A DNA stretch of 64,000 bases from the NCBI GenBank assembly GCA_044344255.1, contig JBIJDH010000003.1:64001-128000 (forward strand), given 5' to 3'. Positions 47,727 to 57,351 of this stretch are shown piece after piece. The notes under the pieces are model-generated. The model saw nothing but the letters and a program-made list of their open reading frames with translations, did no database searches and was not told the origin of the DNA. A program made the position numbers and the translations under genes. Within the stretch, counting starts at the first letter, position 1, and each line of letters opens with the position of its first letter. Source of the DNA: Myxococcota bacterium (GTDB lineage: Bacteria; Myxococcota_A; UBA796; UBA2385).

Positions 47727-50083
47727 GTCATTCGGCGCCGGAGGGTGGGGGCGAGCAGGAGGGGGAGCAGGCAGGTGCTGGCCAAGGGGAGCAGGCGCCA
47801 CTCGAGGGTGAGCTCGCCGGTGGGCTCCACCAGCACGACGTTGGCGAGGGCGAAGGAGATCACCGCCGACAGCATCCCGGGCGCGGCGCCATAGACCGTG
47901 GCCACCCAGAGGAGGGAGATCCCATAGAGGGCGAGGGCGGGCGCGCCCGTGACGGCCTTGAGGGTCGCGAGGACGCCGGTGGTCGCGTAGGGCACGATGA
48001 GGGCGACCATGAGGTCGCGCAGGCGGAGGGAGGGCGGCGGCGGGGCGGTCAGGGCCGCGGGCCCCGGAGAAGGGGCGCTCAGCGGGGCGCTCCGCGGGAC
48101 CTCGGCGCCGACCTCGGGGCCCACACGGAGGAGCCGCTCGGCTTGGACGAGCTGATCGGCCGTGCCGGCCAGGACGAGCAGCGTCCCTTGTCCGAGGGCC
48201 TGCTCGGGATCGGGGGTCGAGCGCACCACCTCCTGCTCGCTGGCGGCGATCACCAGCGCGCCGGTGCGGCGGCGGAGGTCGATGTCCCGGAGGCTGCGCC
48301 CGAGGCCCCAGTGACCCTCGCCGAGCTCGAGCACGCGGGTCGAGAAGGCGGTGAGCAGCGCCGTCGGCGAGACCTGGGGTGCCCCGTCAGGGCCGCGGGC
48401 GCTGCGGGACTCCTGGGCCGCCTGGGCGAGGACCTGTCCGTGGATCCCGGCGCTGTGCAGCACATGGAGGACGAGGTCGGCGGCCGCGGACTCGTCCTCG
48501 GCGATCACCACCACGCCGGGGAGTGCGACGAGACTGGCATCCCGCTCCATCCGCTGCACCCGGATCACCAGCGGGACGGTGGGGTGACGAGCGCGGAGGA
48601 GCGCGGCGATGTGCCCGGCGGCGGCGGGGTCCGAGAGCATTAGCACCACCTGCCGGGCCCCCCCGACGTAGGCGACGTGCTCGAGGGCCTCGGGGCTCGT
48701 GAGGTCGGCGTAGGCGGCGTCCCAGCCGCGGTCCCGGGCGGCGGACACCTCGACCAGATCGAGGTCGACGGCGAGGAAGGGCACGCCCGCGGCCTCGAGC
48801 GCCCGCCCCAGGGTGCGCCCGCCGTGCCCGAGGCCGCCGATGACGACGTGGCCCGTCCGAACCGGGTGTGGCGCGTGGTCGGAGGGGGTGTCGGTGTTGC
48901 CGAGCCTCCGCTCGAGCGGGCGGAGGAGGGCCACGCCCGCGGCGACGCGGGGGCTCTGCGCCACCAGGATGGGCGAGACGATCATCGTGATCACGCTGGC
49001 GGCGAGGAAGGCGGAGGCGGCCCCTTCGCTGATCAGGCCTTGATCTTCGGCGGCGCGGATGAGCACGAAGGAGAACTCCCCGATCTGGGCGAGGCTGAGG
49101 CCCGTCAGCAGCGCCACCCGCAGGGGGAAGCGCATCAGCAGCACGCCGAGGGCGGCCAGCGCCAGCTTGCCCACGACCAGCATCAGCACGAGGGCGCCGA
49201 TGAGCACGGGCTCTTCGACCAGGATGCGAGGGTCGAGGAGCATGCCGATCGAGACGAAGAAGACGCTGGCCATGGCGTCGCGGAAGGGGGAGACCTGGGC
49301 GGCGATGGTGTGGGCGAACTCGGTCTCGGCGATGATCACCCCCGCCAGAAAGGCGCCGAGGGCGATCGAGAGCCCGATGCTGGCGGTGGCCCACGAGACG
49401 GCCGCGGCGATCAGCAGCGCGCTGAGGATGAAGACCTCGCGGCTGTTGGCCCGGGCGACGCCGCCGAGGAGGGCGGGCACCACCTTGCCGGCCACCACGA
49501 GGCCGCCCACGACCACCATGACCGCCTGCCCCATGGTCTCGGCGAAGGTCCAGATGGTGCCGCCCGCTCCGGCGAGCATCGGGATCGCGAGCATCATCGG
49601 GACGATGCAGAGGTCCTGGAAGATCAGGACCCCGACCACGAGCTTGCCGTGGGGGGCGTTGACCTCACCGCGCTCCGAGAGGGACTGGAGCACGATGGCC
49701 GTGCTCGACAGGGCGGCGACGAAGCCCCAGGCCACGCCCTCCGCTGGCGCCACGCCGAAGGCCACCGCGCCGAGCACCCCGGCGAGCACGGTCAGGCCGA
49801 CCTGCAGCGTCCCGCCCACGGCTACGAAGCGCGCGATCGGGCGGAGCCGGTCGAGCGAGAACTCGAGGCCGATGGTGAAGAGCAGCAGCGCGACCCCGAG
49901 CTCGGCGATCACCTCGACGGTGTGCAGATCGGAGACGAGCCCGAGCGCGTGGGGGCCGATGAGGAGGCCGGCCACGAGGAAGCCAACGATGGGGGGCAGC
50001 CCGATCCGGCGCAGCCCCACCACCGCGAGGACGCCGCTCAGGAAGACGACGACGAGGTCGCGGAGCAGGTCCTGCAGGTTCAT
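47723..50083 (-). CDS. CPA2/Kef-type cation:proton antiporter with TrkA-N, TrkA-C and a C-terminal DUF4118-like membrane domain
   Basis: LLFTIGLE, LSSTA, FQD, GEFSF; GLGHGG; GRSLRDIDLR; terminal TM region LANVVLVEP. Confidence 0.85.
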   Translation of the reverse strand: MNLQDLLRDLVVVFLSGVLAVVGLRRIGLPPIVGFLVAGLLIGPHALGLVSDLHTVEVIAELGVALLLFTIGLEFSLDRLRPIARFVAVGGTLQVGLTVLAGVLGAVAFGVAPAEGVAWGFVAALSSTAIVLQSLSERGEVNAPHGKLVVGVLIFQDLCIVPMMLAIPMLAGAGGTIWTFAETMGQAVMVVVGGLVVAGKVVPALLGGVARANSREVFILSALLIAAAVSWATASIGLSIALGAFLAGVIIAETEFAHTIAAQVSPFRDAMASVFFVSIGMLLDPRILVEEPVLIGALVLMLVVGKLALAALGVLLMRFPLRVALLTGLSLAQIGEFSFVLIRAAEDQGLISEGAASAFLAASVITMIVSPILVAQSPRVAAGVALLRPLERRLGNTDTPSDHAPHPVRTGHVVIGGLGHGGRTLGRALEAAGVPFLAVDLDLVEVSAARDRGWDAAYADLTSPEALEHVAYVGGARQVVLMLSDPAAAGHIAALLRARHPTVPLVIRVQRMERDASLVALPGVVVIAEDESAAADLVLHVLHSAGIHGQVLAQAAQESRSARGPDGAPQVSPTALLTAFSTRVLELGEGHWGLGRSLRDIDLRRRTGALVIAASEQEVVRSTPDPEQALGQGTLLVLAGTADQLVQAERLLRVGPEVGAEVPRSAPLSAPSPGPAALTAPPPPSLRLRDLMVALIVPYATTGVLATLKAVTGAPALALYGISLLWVATVYGAAPGMLSAVISFALANVVLVEPTGELTLEWRLLPLASTCLLPLLLAPTLRRRMT

Positions 50084-50096
50084 GGGGCCCCGGGGC

Positions 50097-50531
50097 TCAG
50101 GTCTGTTTGGCCAGCACGAGGTTCACGAAGGTCTCGACCGAGAAGAGGCCGAGGATCTGGCTCGAGCGGAGGCCGGGGGCGATCCGCTCAGCGGCTTCGG
50201 GCATCAGCGTGCGGAGGCGCACGAGGCCAGCCTCCGAGATGATGCCGTTCGGCGCGAATTCCTCGTCGCTCATGTCCCCGCGGGCCGCCCGCTCCATCTC
50301 GCCGCGGGTGATCTCGATGTCCCAGGCCTGCTCCAGCTTGAAGACCACCTCGAGGAACTCGAGGGACTGGAGGCCGGCCTCCATCAGGTTGGTCTCGGGC
50401 GCGATGCCCGCGGGATCGGCGGCGATCACCTCGGCGACCGCTTCGATGACGGTGTGGCGCACCTCCTCGCGGCTCGGAGCCGCGCGCGGCGGGGAGGACG
50501 GGAGGGGCGGGGTCTCACCAAGGTCGGTCAC
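50097..50531 (-). CDS. Acyl carrier protein, long-insert type
   Basis: LMEAGLQSLEFLEVVFKLEQAWDIEI (Ppant Ser in QSL), ~40-aa insertion before FSVETFV. Confidence 0.8.
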   Translation of the reverse strand: MTDLGETPPLPSSPPRAAPSREEVRHTVIEAVAEVIAADPAGIAPETNLMEAGLQSLEFLEVVFKLEQAWDIEITRGEMERAARGDMSDEEFAPNGIISEAGLVRLRTLMPEAAERIAPGLRSSQILGLFSVETFVNLVLAKQT

Positions 50532-50594
50532 GGGTCGCTCCAGCCGGCGAAGGTAACCTGGGCGCCTGTCCGCGTTCCCGATCGGTCGCCGCCG

Positions 50595-51254
50595 TCAGTC
50601 CCCTGCGTCGAGCCAGGTCACGACCTGCTCGAGGGGCCGCCGCGGCTTCGGGCTCGGCTGCTCCGCGGGCCAGCCGAGGGCGACGGCGCCGAGCATCCGG
50701 AAGGGGGCGCGGATCCCCACGAGCGCCTCCACACCCGCCCGCGCCACCATCGGCCCGGCCATCCAGGTGGCGCCGAGGCCCTCGGCCGCGGCCTGGTTGA
50801 GGAGGTTCATCGTCGCGGCGGCGGCGGCGCACAGCTCGGACTGCATGGCGGCGGAGGTGTCGTAAGCGGAGGGGTCACCGCCGCCGGAGCGCACGAGGGC
50901 GGCGATGAGGTCGGTGTGGCTGCGGTAGCTCGGCACCACGATGACGGGCGCGGCGGCGAGGGGCTCGTGGAAGAAGTCGCCGTAGCGCCCGAAGTCGTCC
51001 TTGTGGTGGCCCCGCTCGATGATCGCACCCATCTCGGCCACCCGCGCGTGTACGACCTCGACCACCCGGGCGCGGACCGAGGCCGCCGTGACCACCGCGA
51101 AGCGCCAGGGCTGGCGGTTGGTGGGGGAGGGCGCGCTCACGGCCGCCGCGAAGAGGCGCTCCAGCACCGCCCGCTCGACGGGATCGGGGCGGAAGGCCCG
51201 CACGCTCTGGCGGGCCTGGAGGGCGGCGAGGAAGGTCGGGCCGTCGAGGGGCAT
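50595..51254 (-). CDS. Nitroreductase-family flavoprotein
   Basis: RQSVRAF, APSPTNRQPWRF, GLGATW, KPR. Confidence 0.9.
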   Translation of the reverse strand: MPLDGPTFLAALQARQSVRAFRPDPVERAVLERLFAAAVSAPSPTNRQPWRFAVVTAASVRARVVEVVHARVAEMGAIIERGHHKDDFGRYGDFFHEPLAAAPVIVVPSYRSHTDLIAALVRSGGGDPSAYDTSAAMQSELCAAAAATMNLLNQAAAEGLGATWMAGPMVARAGVEALVGIRAPFRMLGAVALGWPAEQPSPKPRRPLEQVVTWLDAGD

Positions 51255-51284
51255 CTTCGGCCCATAGCACGGCCGACGGGGCGC

Positions 51285-52211
51285 TCAGGTGGGGCCGAGC
51301 CGAAGCCACCCCGCCTGGTCGGGTGAGCCGCCGGACCGGCCCTCGATCGGCCCTCCGTGGCCCCTCCCGAGCAGCTCGGCCATGATCACGAGCTGCACGA
51401 GGCCGGTCGCCGCGCCGAGCTCCCCGGTCGCGCCGTCGAGGTCGATCCTGCGGCCGGGCCCGAGCCCCTCCAGCGTGGATGCGGCGGGGACGGTGGCGGC
51501 GGTGGTGTGGGCGGTCCTCACCGTCAGGTTGCCCAGCCCCCGGTCCCGCGCGAGGAGCACGGCGGCCGCGGCCTCTCCGGGGGCCCGGCCCTCGGCCCAC
51601 CGCCCCGAGGCGTAGCCCTCGACGAGCAATTCGGGCTCGATCAGGCTGTCGGCGCCGATCACGAGGGCGGCATCGAGCGCGTCGGCGCGGAGGGCGCGGA
51701 GGGCGGCCTCGAGGGCCATCAGCCCGCCGATCGCCCCGGCGCAGGTGACGCCGTCTCCCCGGGCCTCGAGCTCGATGCTGATCAGGGCGTGGGCGTTGTT
51801 CGAGAGGTGGCGGAGCATCCAGTAGGGGTGGACTTGTTTGAGGCCGCGGGCCCAGGCGCCTTCGCCGTCGGGGCGCTGGTGGACCATCGCGGGCAGCAGC
51901 TCGTTCCAGAGGGCGCGCAGCCCGCCGATGCCCATGAAGACGCCGAGGCGGTCGCGGTCACCGGCCCAGCCTGCGGCCGCCTCTCGGGCGACCTCGAGGG
52001 CGAAGAGGCCCACCCGTCCGAGGAAGCGGGCCTGGGGACAGGGGAGGGGATCGCCGGGCACCCGCGCGGACAGGGCCGCCGGGTAGACCGGGGGGAGCAG
52101 GCTGTGCGGGCCGATGGCGCGCTCTCCCCGCAGCAGGCGGTCGAGCACGGCGGCGGGCCGGTCGCCGAGCGGGGTGCGCAGCGCGGTGGAGAGGACGCCG
52201 ATCCGGCTCAT
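51285..52211 (-). CDS. Non-catalytic ketosynthase-like protein (chain-length-factor-like)
   Basis: KS N-domain (HLSNN..GAD); lacks TAC and the His-His dyad; short. Confidence 0.75.
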   Translation of the reverse strand: MSRIGVLSTALRTPLGDRPAAVLDRLLRGERAIGPHSLLPPVYPAALSARVPGDPLPCPQARFLGRVGLFALEVAREAAAGWAGDRDRLGVFMGIGGLRALWNELLPAMVHQRPDGEGAWARGLKQVHPYWMLRHLSNNAHALISIELEARGDGVTCAGAIGGLMALEAALRALRADALDAALVIGADSLIEPELLVEGYASGRWAEGRAPGEAAAAVLLARDRGLGNLTVRTAHTTAATVPAASTLEGLGPGRRIDLDGATGELGAATGLVQLVIMAELLGRGHGGPIEGRSGGSPDQAGWLRLGPT

Positions 52212-53485
52212 GGACGGGGCTCCCGGGCCGAGCCGAAGAGGAGGGTCACGTTCTGCCCGCCGAAGCCGAAGGAGTTGCTCAGCACGACCGCGGGGGAGGC
52301 GAGGTGGGGGCGCTCCCCGAGGACGGCGATGGGGAGGTCGGGATCGGACACCTCGTGGCCGGCGGTCCCCGGCACGACCCCGCGGAGCAGGGGCAGCAGG
52401 CAGGCGGCGGCCTCGATCGCCCCCGCCGCGGCCATGCCGTGCCCGAGGGCGCCCTTGATCGAGCCCGTGAGCGGCGCCTCGGGGCCGAAGAGGTCAAAGA
52501 TGGCGCGGGCTTCGGCGAGATCGTTGCTCGGCGTGCCGGTGCCGTGGGCGTTGATGTAGCCCACGTCCGCCGGTGCCAGCCTGGCGCGGCGGAGGGCCAG
52601 GGACATCGCTTGGCGGGCCTGCTGACCGTCCTCCCGCGGCGCAGTGGGGCGGTAGCCGTCCTGGGTGGAGGCCTCCCCGAGCAGGCGGCCGAGGATCGGG
52701 GCGCCCCGGGCGCGGGCGTGGGACTCCGCCTCGACGATGAAGAAGGCGGCGCCCTCTCCGACGACGATGCCGTCCCGACGCGGGTCGAAGGGGCGACAGG
52801 CGTCAAGCTCGGCGCGGGGGCTCGGCACGCCGAGGCGGGCGAGGCCGGCGAGGCCGAGCGGGTTCAACATGCTGTCGGCGCCGCCGCAGAGCACGGCGGT
52901 GGCCTCGCCGCGGCGAATCCAAGCGGCCGCCGTGGCCAGCGCGAGGCCCCCGGCGGCGCAGGCCGAGGCGTTGACCAGCGGCGCCCCGACGATCGGGAGC
53001 ATGGCCCGGAGCAGGGTGGCCGTGCGATCGACGGGCGAGCGGTACCGACAGGCCGGGCCCTGGTCCTGCGCCCAGTCGAGGGCCTCCACGCCGGCCTGAT
53101 CCCTGTGGAACATCGGGACGAAGTCTTCGAGGAAGGCGCACTCCAGGCCGAGGGCCACCGAGAGGCGGAGGCCGGTGGGCTGGCCGGCCATGGTCCAGGC
53201 CTCGTGGGCGGCGAGCAGCCCCCAGGCGATCTTCCGATCGCGCAGCGAACCGTCGGTGGCGAGGGCCTCGAGGGCCGCCTGCTGCCCGTAGGCCGCGCGC
53301 AGGGCCTCGAGCGGGCGGACCGCGTCCGGCACCGCCCCGCCGACCTGGACGGGGAAGCCCTCGGTCGGGAAGTGGTGGAGGGGGCGGATCGCGCGGTCGC
53401 CGGCGCTCAGCCCGGACCAGAGGGCCTCGACGCCCTGCCCGAAGGCGGTGACCGCGCCGACGCCGGTGAGGACGGGCGCGCTCAT
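52208..53485 (-). CDS. Beta-ketoacyl-ACP synthase (FabF-like)
   Basis: SACAAG, NAHGTGT, KGALGH, NSFGFGG; ATGA overlap. Confidence 0.9.
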   Translation of the reverse strand: MSAPVLTGVGAVTAFGQGVEALWSGLSAGDRAIRPLHHFPTEGFPVQVGGAVPDAVRPLEALRAAYGQQAALEALATDGSLRDRKIAWGLLAAHEAWTMAGQPTGLRLSVALGLECAFLEDFVPMFHRDQAGVEALDWAQDQGPACRYRSPVDRTATLLRAMLPIVGAPLVNASACAAGGLALATAAAWIRRGEATAVLCGGADSMLNPLGLAGLARLGVPSPRAELDACRPFDPRRDGIVVGEGAAFFIVEAESHARARGAPILGRLLGEASTQDGYRPTAPREDGQQARQAMSLALRRARLAPADVGYINAHGTGTPSNDLAEARAIFDLFGPEAPLTGSIKGALGHGMAAAGAIEAAACLLPLLRGVVPGTAGHEVSDPDLPIAVLGERPHLASPAVVLSNSFGFGGQNVTLLFGSAREPRP

Positions 53486-54396
53486 CGGGACCCGCCTGGC
53501 GCGAAGGTGAAGGTGACCCGGCTCCGCAGGCCGTCGGCGTCGCGGTGGAGGGCCTCGGCGGCGTCGCGGTCGAGGGCGCCCCGCTCGAGGGTCCGGAGCC
53601 AGGCGAGCGCGGGGCCGGCGGCGAGGGCCTCGAAGGGCTCGTCGGCGAAGGGCTCGTCGGCGGAGGGCTCGTCGGCGGAGGGCTCGTCGATGTCCTCGGC
53701 TCGCTCGATCCAGCCGAGGGGCGCCTGGGCCTCCCGCGCCAGCACGAAGACGGCCGCGCCCTCGCCGAGCGGCCGGCGGGTGCCCAGGCGGCGGAGCTCG
53801 CTCGCGGTGACGGGGTGGAGGGCGGAGTCGGCCCCCCCCGCGATGACGTAGGGGGCGTCGGTCTCCTGGAGGGCCCACATCGCCTCCCGCAGGGCCAGGG
53901 TGGTGCCGACCCCACGGGAGAAGACAGCGCCGTTCGGGCCGCCGAGGCCCTCGAGGATCGCCGGGTGAGCGAGGGTGAAGTTGTTCATGAGCTGGAAGGC
54001 GAGGGTCGGGTTGCAGGCGCCCACGCCGCGGCGAGCGAAGGCCGCCCCCGACCACTGGCCGTCTTGGAGGGCCGGTCGGAGCAGGCGGAGCACATCCTCC
54101 ATCGAGCCGGCGCTGGCGCCGACCCCGAGGAAGATGCCGATCTGGAGTGGATCGACGGGCGCGGCGCCGACGGCGGCTTCGGCTGCGCGGAGGGCGAAGA
54201 GCGCGTCGTGGACCGCGCCCGAGGCGAGCAGCGCCCCCCGAGACATCATCCGCGCGCCGCGACGGAGGGGCGGCCAGGGCTCGTCGGCGGACACCCGCCA
54301 CTCCGGCCCGGCGGGCCCCGGGGTCGGCTGGGGGACCCGCGCTCCGACGGCGACGATCGCGGCCCGAGGCGGGCCGGGGCGGCGGGGCTCACCCAT
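53482..54396 (-). CDS. Non-catalytic ketosynthase-like protein (chain-length-factor-like)
   Basis: MSRGALL, MNN..GPN, AGGAD, GEGAA; no catalytic Cys or His. Confidence 0.75.
   Translation of the reverse strand: MGEPRRPGPPRAAIVAVGARVPQPTPGPAGPEWRVSADEPWPPLRRGARMMSRGALLASGAVHDALFALRAAEAAVGAAPVDPLQIGIFLGVGASAGSMEDVLRLLRPALQDGQWSGAAFARRGVGACNPTLAFQLMNNFTLAHPAILEGLGGPNGAVFSRGVGTTLALREAMWALQETDAPYVIAGGADSALHPVTASELRRLGTRRPLGEGAAVFVLAREAQAPLGWIERAEDIDEPSADEPSADEPFADEPFEALAAGPALAWLRTLERGALDRDAAEALHRDADGLRSRVTFTFAPGGSR
53631..53690. repeat. In-frame 15-bp tandem repeat x4 (DEPSA/DEPFA)
   Basis: CG(A/G)AGGGCTCGTCGG four times. Confidence 0.85.
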
Positions 54397-55582
54397 GGCC
54401 GATCACGACGCTCGCGTTGGCGCCCCCGAAGGCGAAGGCGTTGATGAGGGCCGAGCGCAGCGGCCCCACCTGGGCGGCCCCCAGGACGAGCGGCAGCGGG
54501 ACGTCGGGGTGGAGGAGGCCGGCGATGGGGGGCGCGCGACCGTCGCGGAGGGCCTCGGCGGCGGCGCAGAGGCCGACGGCGCCCGCGCCGGCGATCCAGT
54601 GGCCGAGGGCCCCCTTGACGGCGCTCACCCAGCCCGCTCCGTCGCCCAGCACCCGGAGGAGGGCCGCCGCCTCGACCGCGTCGTTGAGGGGGGTCGAGGT
54701 CCCGTGTGCCTGGACGTGATCGACCGCGCGCCGGCCCGCCTGCTCGAGGGCCCGCCGCATGGCCCGCTCGGCGCCCGCGCCCGCGGGATCGGGCATCGTG
54801 AGGTGGTGGCCGTCGACGGTGCGGGCGCAACCTTCGAGCCGGAGGGGGCCCGGCCGACTGGAGAGCCAGAGCAGCGCGGCCCCCTCCCCGACGACGAAGC
54901 CGTCTCGCTGAGCGTCGAAGGGGCGGCTGCGGCCGCGGGCGCTGAGCGCCCCGAGCTTGCCGAAGCCCGCCATCATCAAGGGGTCGACGTCGGCGCCCAC
55001 CCCGCCGGCCAGGGCCTCGTCGCACTCCCCTTGGGCGATGGCCCGCGCGGCCTCGATCACCGCGGCGAGGCCCGAGGCACAGGCGAGCGACAGCGTCGCG
55101 GTGGGGCCGGTGGCGCCGATCGCGCGCGCGAGCGCGGCGGCGACGGCGGCGGGGGAGAGCAGGGCGGGGCTCAGCCGCGGCGCGAGGGGGCCGGCCCCCG
55201 CGGCGAAGGCGGCGTGGTCGAAGGCCTTGCCGCCCCCCGCGGCGCGCGCGACCTCGACGAGGGTGTGGAAGCGCCCGCGGCCCGACTCCGCGCCGACGAA
55301 GACCCCGGTGGAGGGCCCGCCGACGGGGAGGCCCGCGCAGGCCTCGAGATCGGCGAGGGCGGCGGCCATCAGCGGCAGCCTGCGGTCCTCGGCGTCGAGG
55401 TGGGACAGGACCGGCGCGCCCACCGTACACGGGAAGCCGGTGACGTCGAAGTGCCCGATGGGGCCGACGGCGCTGTCCCCCGCGCAGAGCCGCGGCCAGC
55501 TGCTCGCCCAGGTCGGCCCGAGGGGGGTGGTCGCCCCCCAGCCGTGGATCCACACGGGGCGACCCTGGGTCTTCGGGTTCAA
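54389..55582 (-). CDS. Beta-ketoacyl-ACP synthase (FabF-like)
   Basis: LACASG, QAHGTST, KGALGH, NAFAFGG. Confidence 0.9.
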   Translation of the reverse strand: MNPKTQGRPVWIHGWGATTPLGPTWASSWPRLCAGDSAVGPIGHFDVTGFPCTVGAPVLSHLDAEDRRLPLMAAALADLEACAGLPVGGPSTGVFVGAESGRGRFHTLVEVARAAGGGKAFDHAAFAAGAGPLAPRLSPALLSPAAVAAALARAIGATGPTATLSLACASGLAAVIEAARAIAQGECDEALAGGVGADVDPLMMAGFGKLGALSARGRSRPFDAQRDGFVVGEGAALLWLSSRPGPLRLEGCARTVDGHHLTMPDPAGAGAERAMRRALEQAGRRAVDHVQAHGTSTPLNDAVEAAALLRVLGDGAGWVSAVKGALGHWIAGAGAVGLCAAAEALRDGRAPPIAGLLHPDVPLPLVLGAAQVGPLRSALINAFAFGGANASVVIGHG

Positions 55583-55618
55583 GCCGCCTCCACCCGCTTC
55601 AGGTTCGTTCAGGCCCGC

Positions 55619-56086
55619 TCAGGGCGCCTCGGTGGAGCCGTAGAGCCAGAGGTTCAGGATCTCCTGTCGTCGCTCGATCACGCGCGGGTGGCTGACCCGG
55701 GCGAAGGCGAAGGTGAGCTCCGCCTCGGCCACGGTCTCCCCGTCTCGACGAGCGATCCCGCGCACGCGCCCGCCGTCCTCGTTGGCGTGGACGCCCAGGG
55801 CCTCGAGCTCGAGCCGGTCACCGGGGCGGACGATCTGCCGGAAGCGAGCCTTGTCCGCCGAGAGTAGCAGAGCGTGGAGGTCTGTCCGACCGCGCAGCCG
55901 CATCGTCGCCTCCAGCAGGACCCCGCCGAGCTGCGCCAACCCCTCGAGGAGCAGCGCCCCCGGGAAGACCGGGTGGCCTGGGAAGTGGTCGGCGAGGAAG
56001 TCTTCGGAGAGTGTGCAGCACTTGATCGCCGTCGCGCGGGCGGGAGGCTCGAGCAGCGTGATGCGATCGATGAGGAAGTAGCGCAT
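55619..56086 (-). CDS. 3-hydroxyacyl-ACP dehydratase (FabZ family)
   Basis: FLIDRI, DHFPGHPVFPG..LEGLAQ, FRQIVRPGD. Confidence 0.9.
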   Translation of the reverse strand: MRYFLIDRITLLEPPARATAIKCCTLSEDFLADHFPGHPVFPGALLLEGLAQLGGVLLEATMRLRGRTDLHALLLSADKARFRQIVRPGDRLELEALGVHANEDGGRVRGIARRDGETVAEAELTFAFARVSHPRVIERRQEILNLWLYGSTEAP

Positions 56087-56103
56087 GGGCCCAGCTCCAG
56101 TCG

Positions 56104-57351
56104 CTACTTACCGATGTTCTTCCCGTCCTTTCGCCAGCCCTTGCGGATCTGGTTCTCCTCTTGCCGGGTCTTGCCGCCGAAGCGCCAGGAGAGGTCAAAG
56201 GCCTGCAGGGGCCAGAGGTAGGGGGAGGGGGCCGACCAGCCGAGGCCGACGCGGAGGTCGAGGTGGCGCCAGGAGGCCTGGTAGGCCGCGGTGGCCATGT
56301 AGTTCTCGAAGAGCTGGAAGGTCATGTCCTCGGAGGTGGACACCCCCGCGTTGACCGTTCCGCCGAGGCCGGCGATGGGCGGGAGCTGCGCGTCCGAGCT
56401 CACGCCCTGGGTGTACCCGGCGAAGGCGAGGCCCTGAAACTGGAGGACGAAGCTGTCGCGCCGATTGAAGCGGTAGTCCGTGGCGGCGCGCAGCGTCCAG
56501 GCGCGGCCCTTCACGTCGAGCAGGATGGTGTTGGGATCGGCCACGTTGGTGACCCAGTCCTCGTAGGTCCGGCAGCTTGGGGTGAGCTCATCGCTGCCCG
56601 GGGCGTAGCAGCCCATGGCCATCCAGTCGGGGATGTCCGAGAAGTGGGGGGGCGCCCCGGCGATGCCGATGAAGTTGTAGGTGGCGCCGACGTGGAGGGA
56701 CCAGGGCTTCAAGATCTGGACCGACGCCAGCCCGCCCGCGGTGCCGGACCAGGCGGTGAGGGTCGAGATCCGGGAGCGGAGGTAGCTGCCGGTGAAGGCG
56801 GCGTCGAAGGGCCCGGCGCTCACGAAGTTGAACTTGGCGTTGGCGTTCGGGACCTGCAGCGCGTCGAGGGCGGGGATGGTGCCGAGCTGCGTGTTCGGGA
56901 GCACGCCGACGGTGATGGTGGCGAGACCGAGCTTGAGCTCGCCCCACTCCAGGGTGTAGGCGGTGAAGTCGGTGGCCGCGTACGGGTTCTGGGGGAGACG
57001 CTCACGGGTGGGCTTGAGGAACTCGTGCTGCTCCTCGGTGAGGGGCTTGGCCGTGACCGCCTCATTGACGTTGATCGAGGCGGGCGGATCGGACTCGTTC
57101 TCCGAGCCCTCCTTCTTGCTCCCCTTTTTCTTCTTTTTCTTTGCCTGCCCCTTCTTGCCGTCCTCCTTCTTGGCCTCGCCCTTCTGGGGCTCCGCCTCGC
57201 CGGAGCCGCTCGCTTCTCCGCTACCTCCCCCCTCGGCGCCGCCTTCGTCGGCGAGGGCGATGGGGGAGTCGGACCCAAGGTCGCCCGGCTCGTTGGACAA
57301 GTCCTGGGCCCACGCGGAGCCCATCAGCAGGAGGAGTGTGTGGGGCGTCAT
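56104..57351 (-). CDS. Secreted/outer-membrane hypothetical protein
   Basis: Signal peptide, Lys-rich linker, amphipathic beta-strand-rich C-terminal part (FDLSWRF). Confidence 0.6.
   Translation of the reverse strand: MTPHTLLLLMGSAWAQDLSNEPGDLGSDSPIALADEGGAEGGGSGEASGSGEAEPQKGEAKKEDGKKGQAKKKKKKGSKKEGSENESDPPASINVNEAVTAKPLTEEQHEFLKPTRERLPQNPYAATDFTAYTLEWGELKLGLATITVGVLPNTQLGTIPALDALQVPNANAKFNFVSAGPFDAAFTGSYLRSRISTLTAWSGTAGGLASVQILKPWSLHVGATYNFIGIAGAPPHFSDIPDWMAMGCYAPGSDELTPSCRTYEDWVTNVADPNTILLDVKGRAWTLRAATDYRFNRRDSFVLQFQGLAFAGYTQGVSSDAQLPPIAGLGGTVNAGVSTSEDMTFQLFENYMATAAYQASWRHLDLRVGLGWSAPSPYLWPLQAFDLSWRFGGKTRQEENQIRKGWRKDGKNIGK

Noticed and set aside
50097..56086. Core fatty-acid synthesis operon or canonical aryl polyene cluster
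   Set aside because: No plsX/fabH/fabD, and no adenylation enzyme, glycosyltransferase, LolA or MMPL genes; contains non-catalytic KS genes and an atypical ACP
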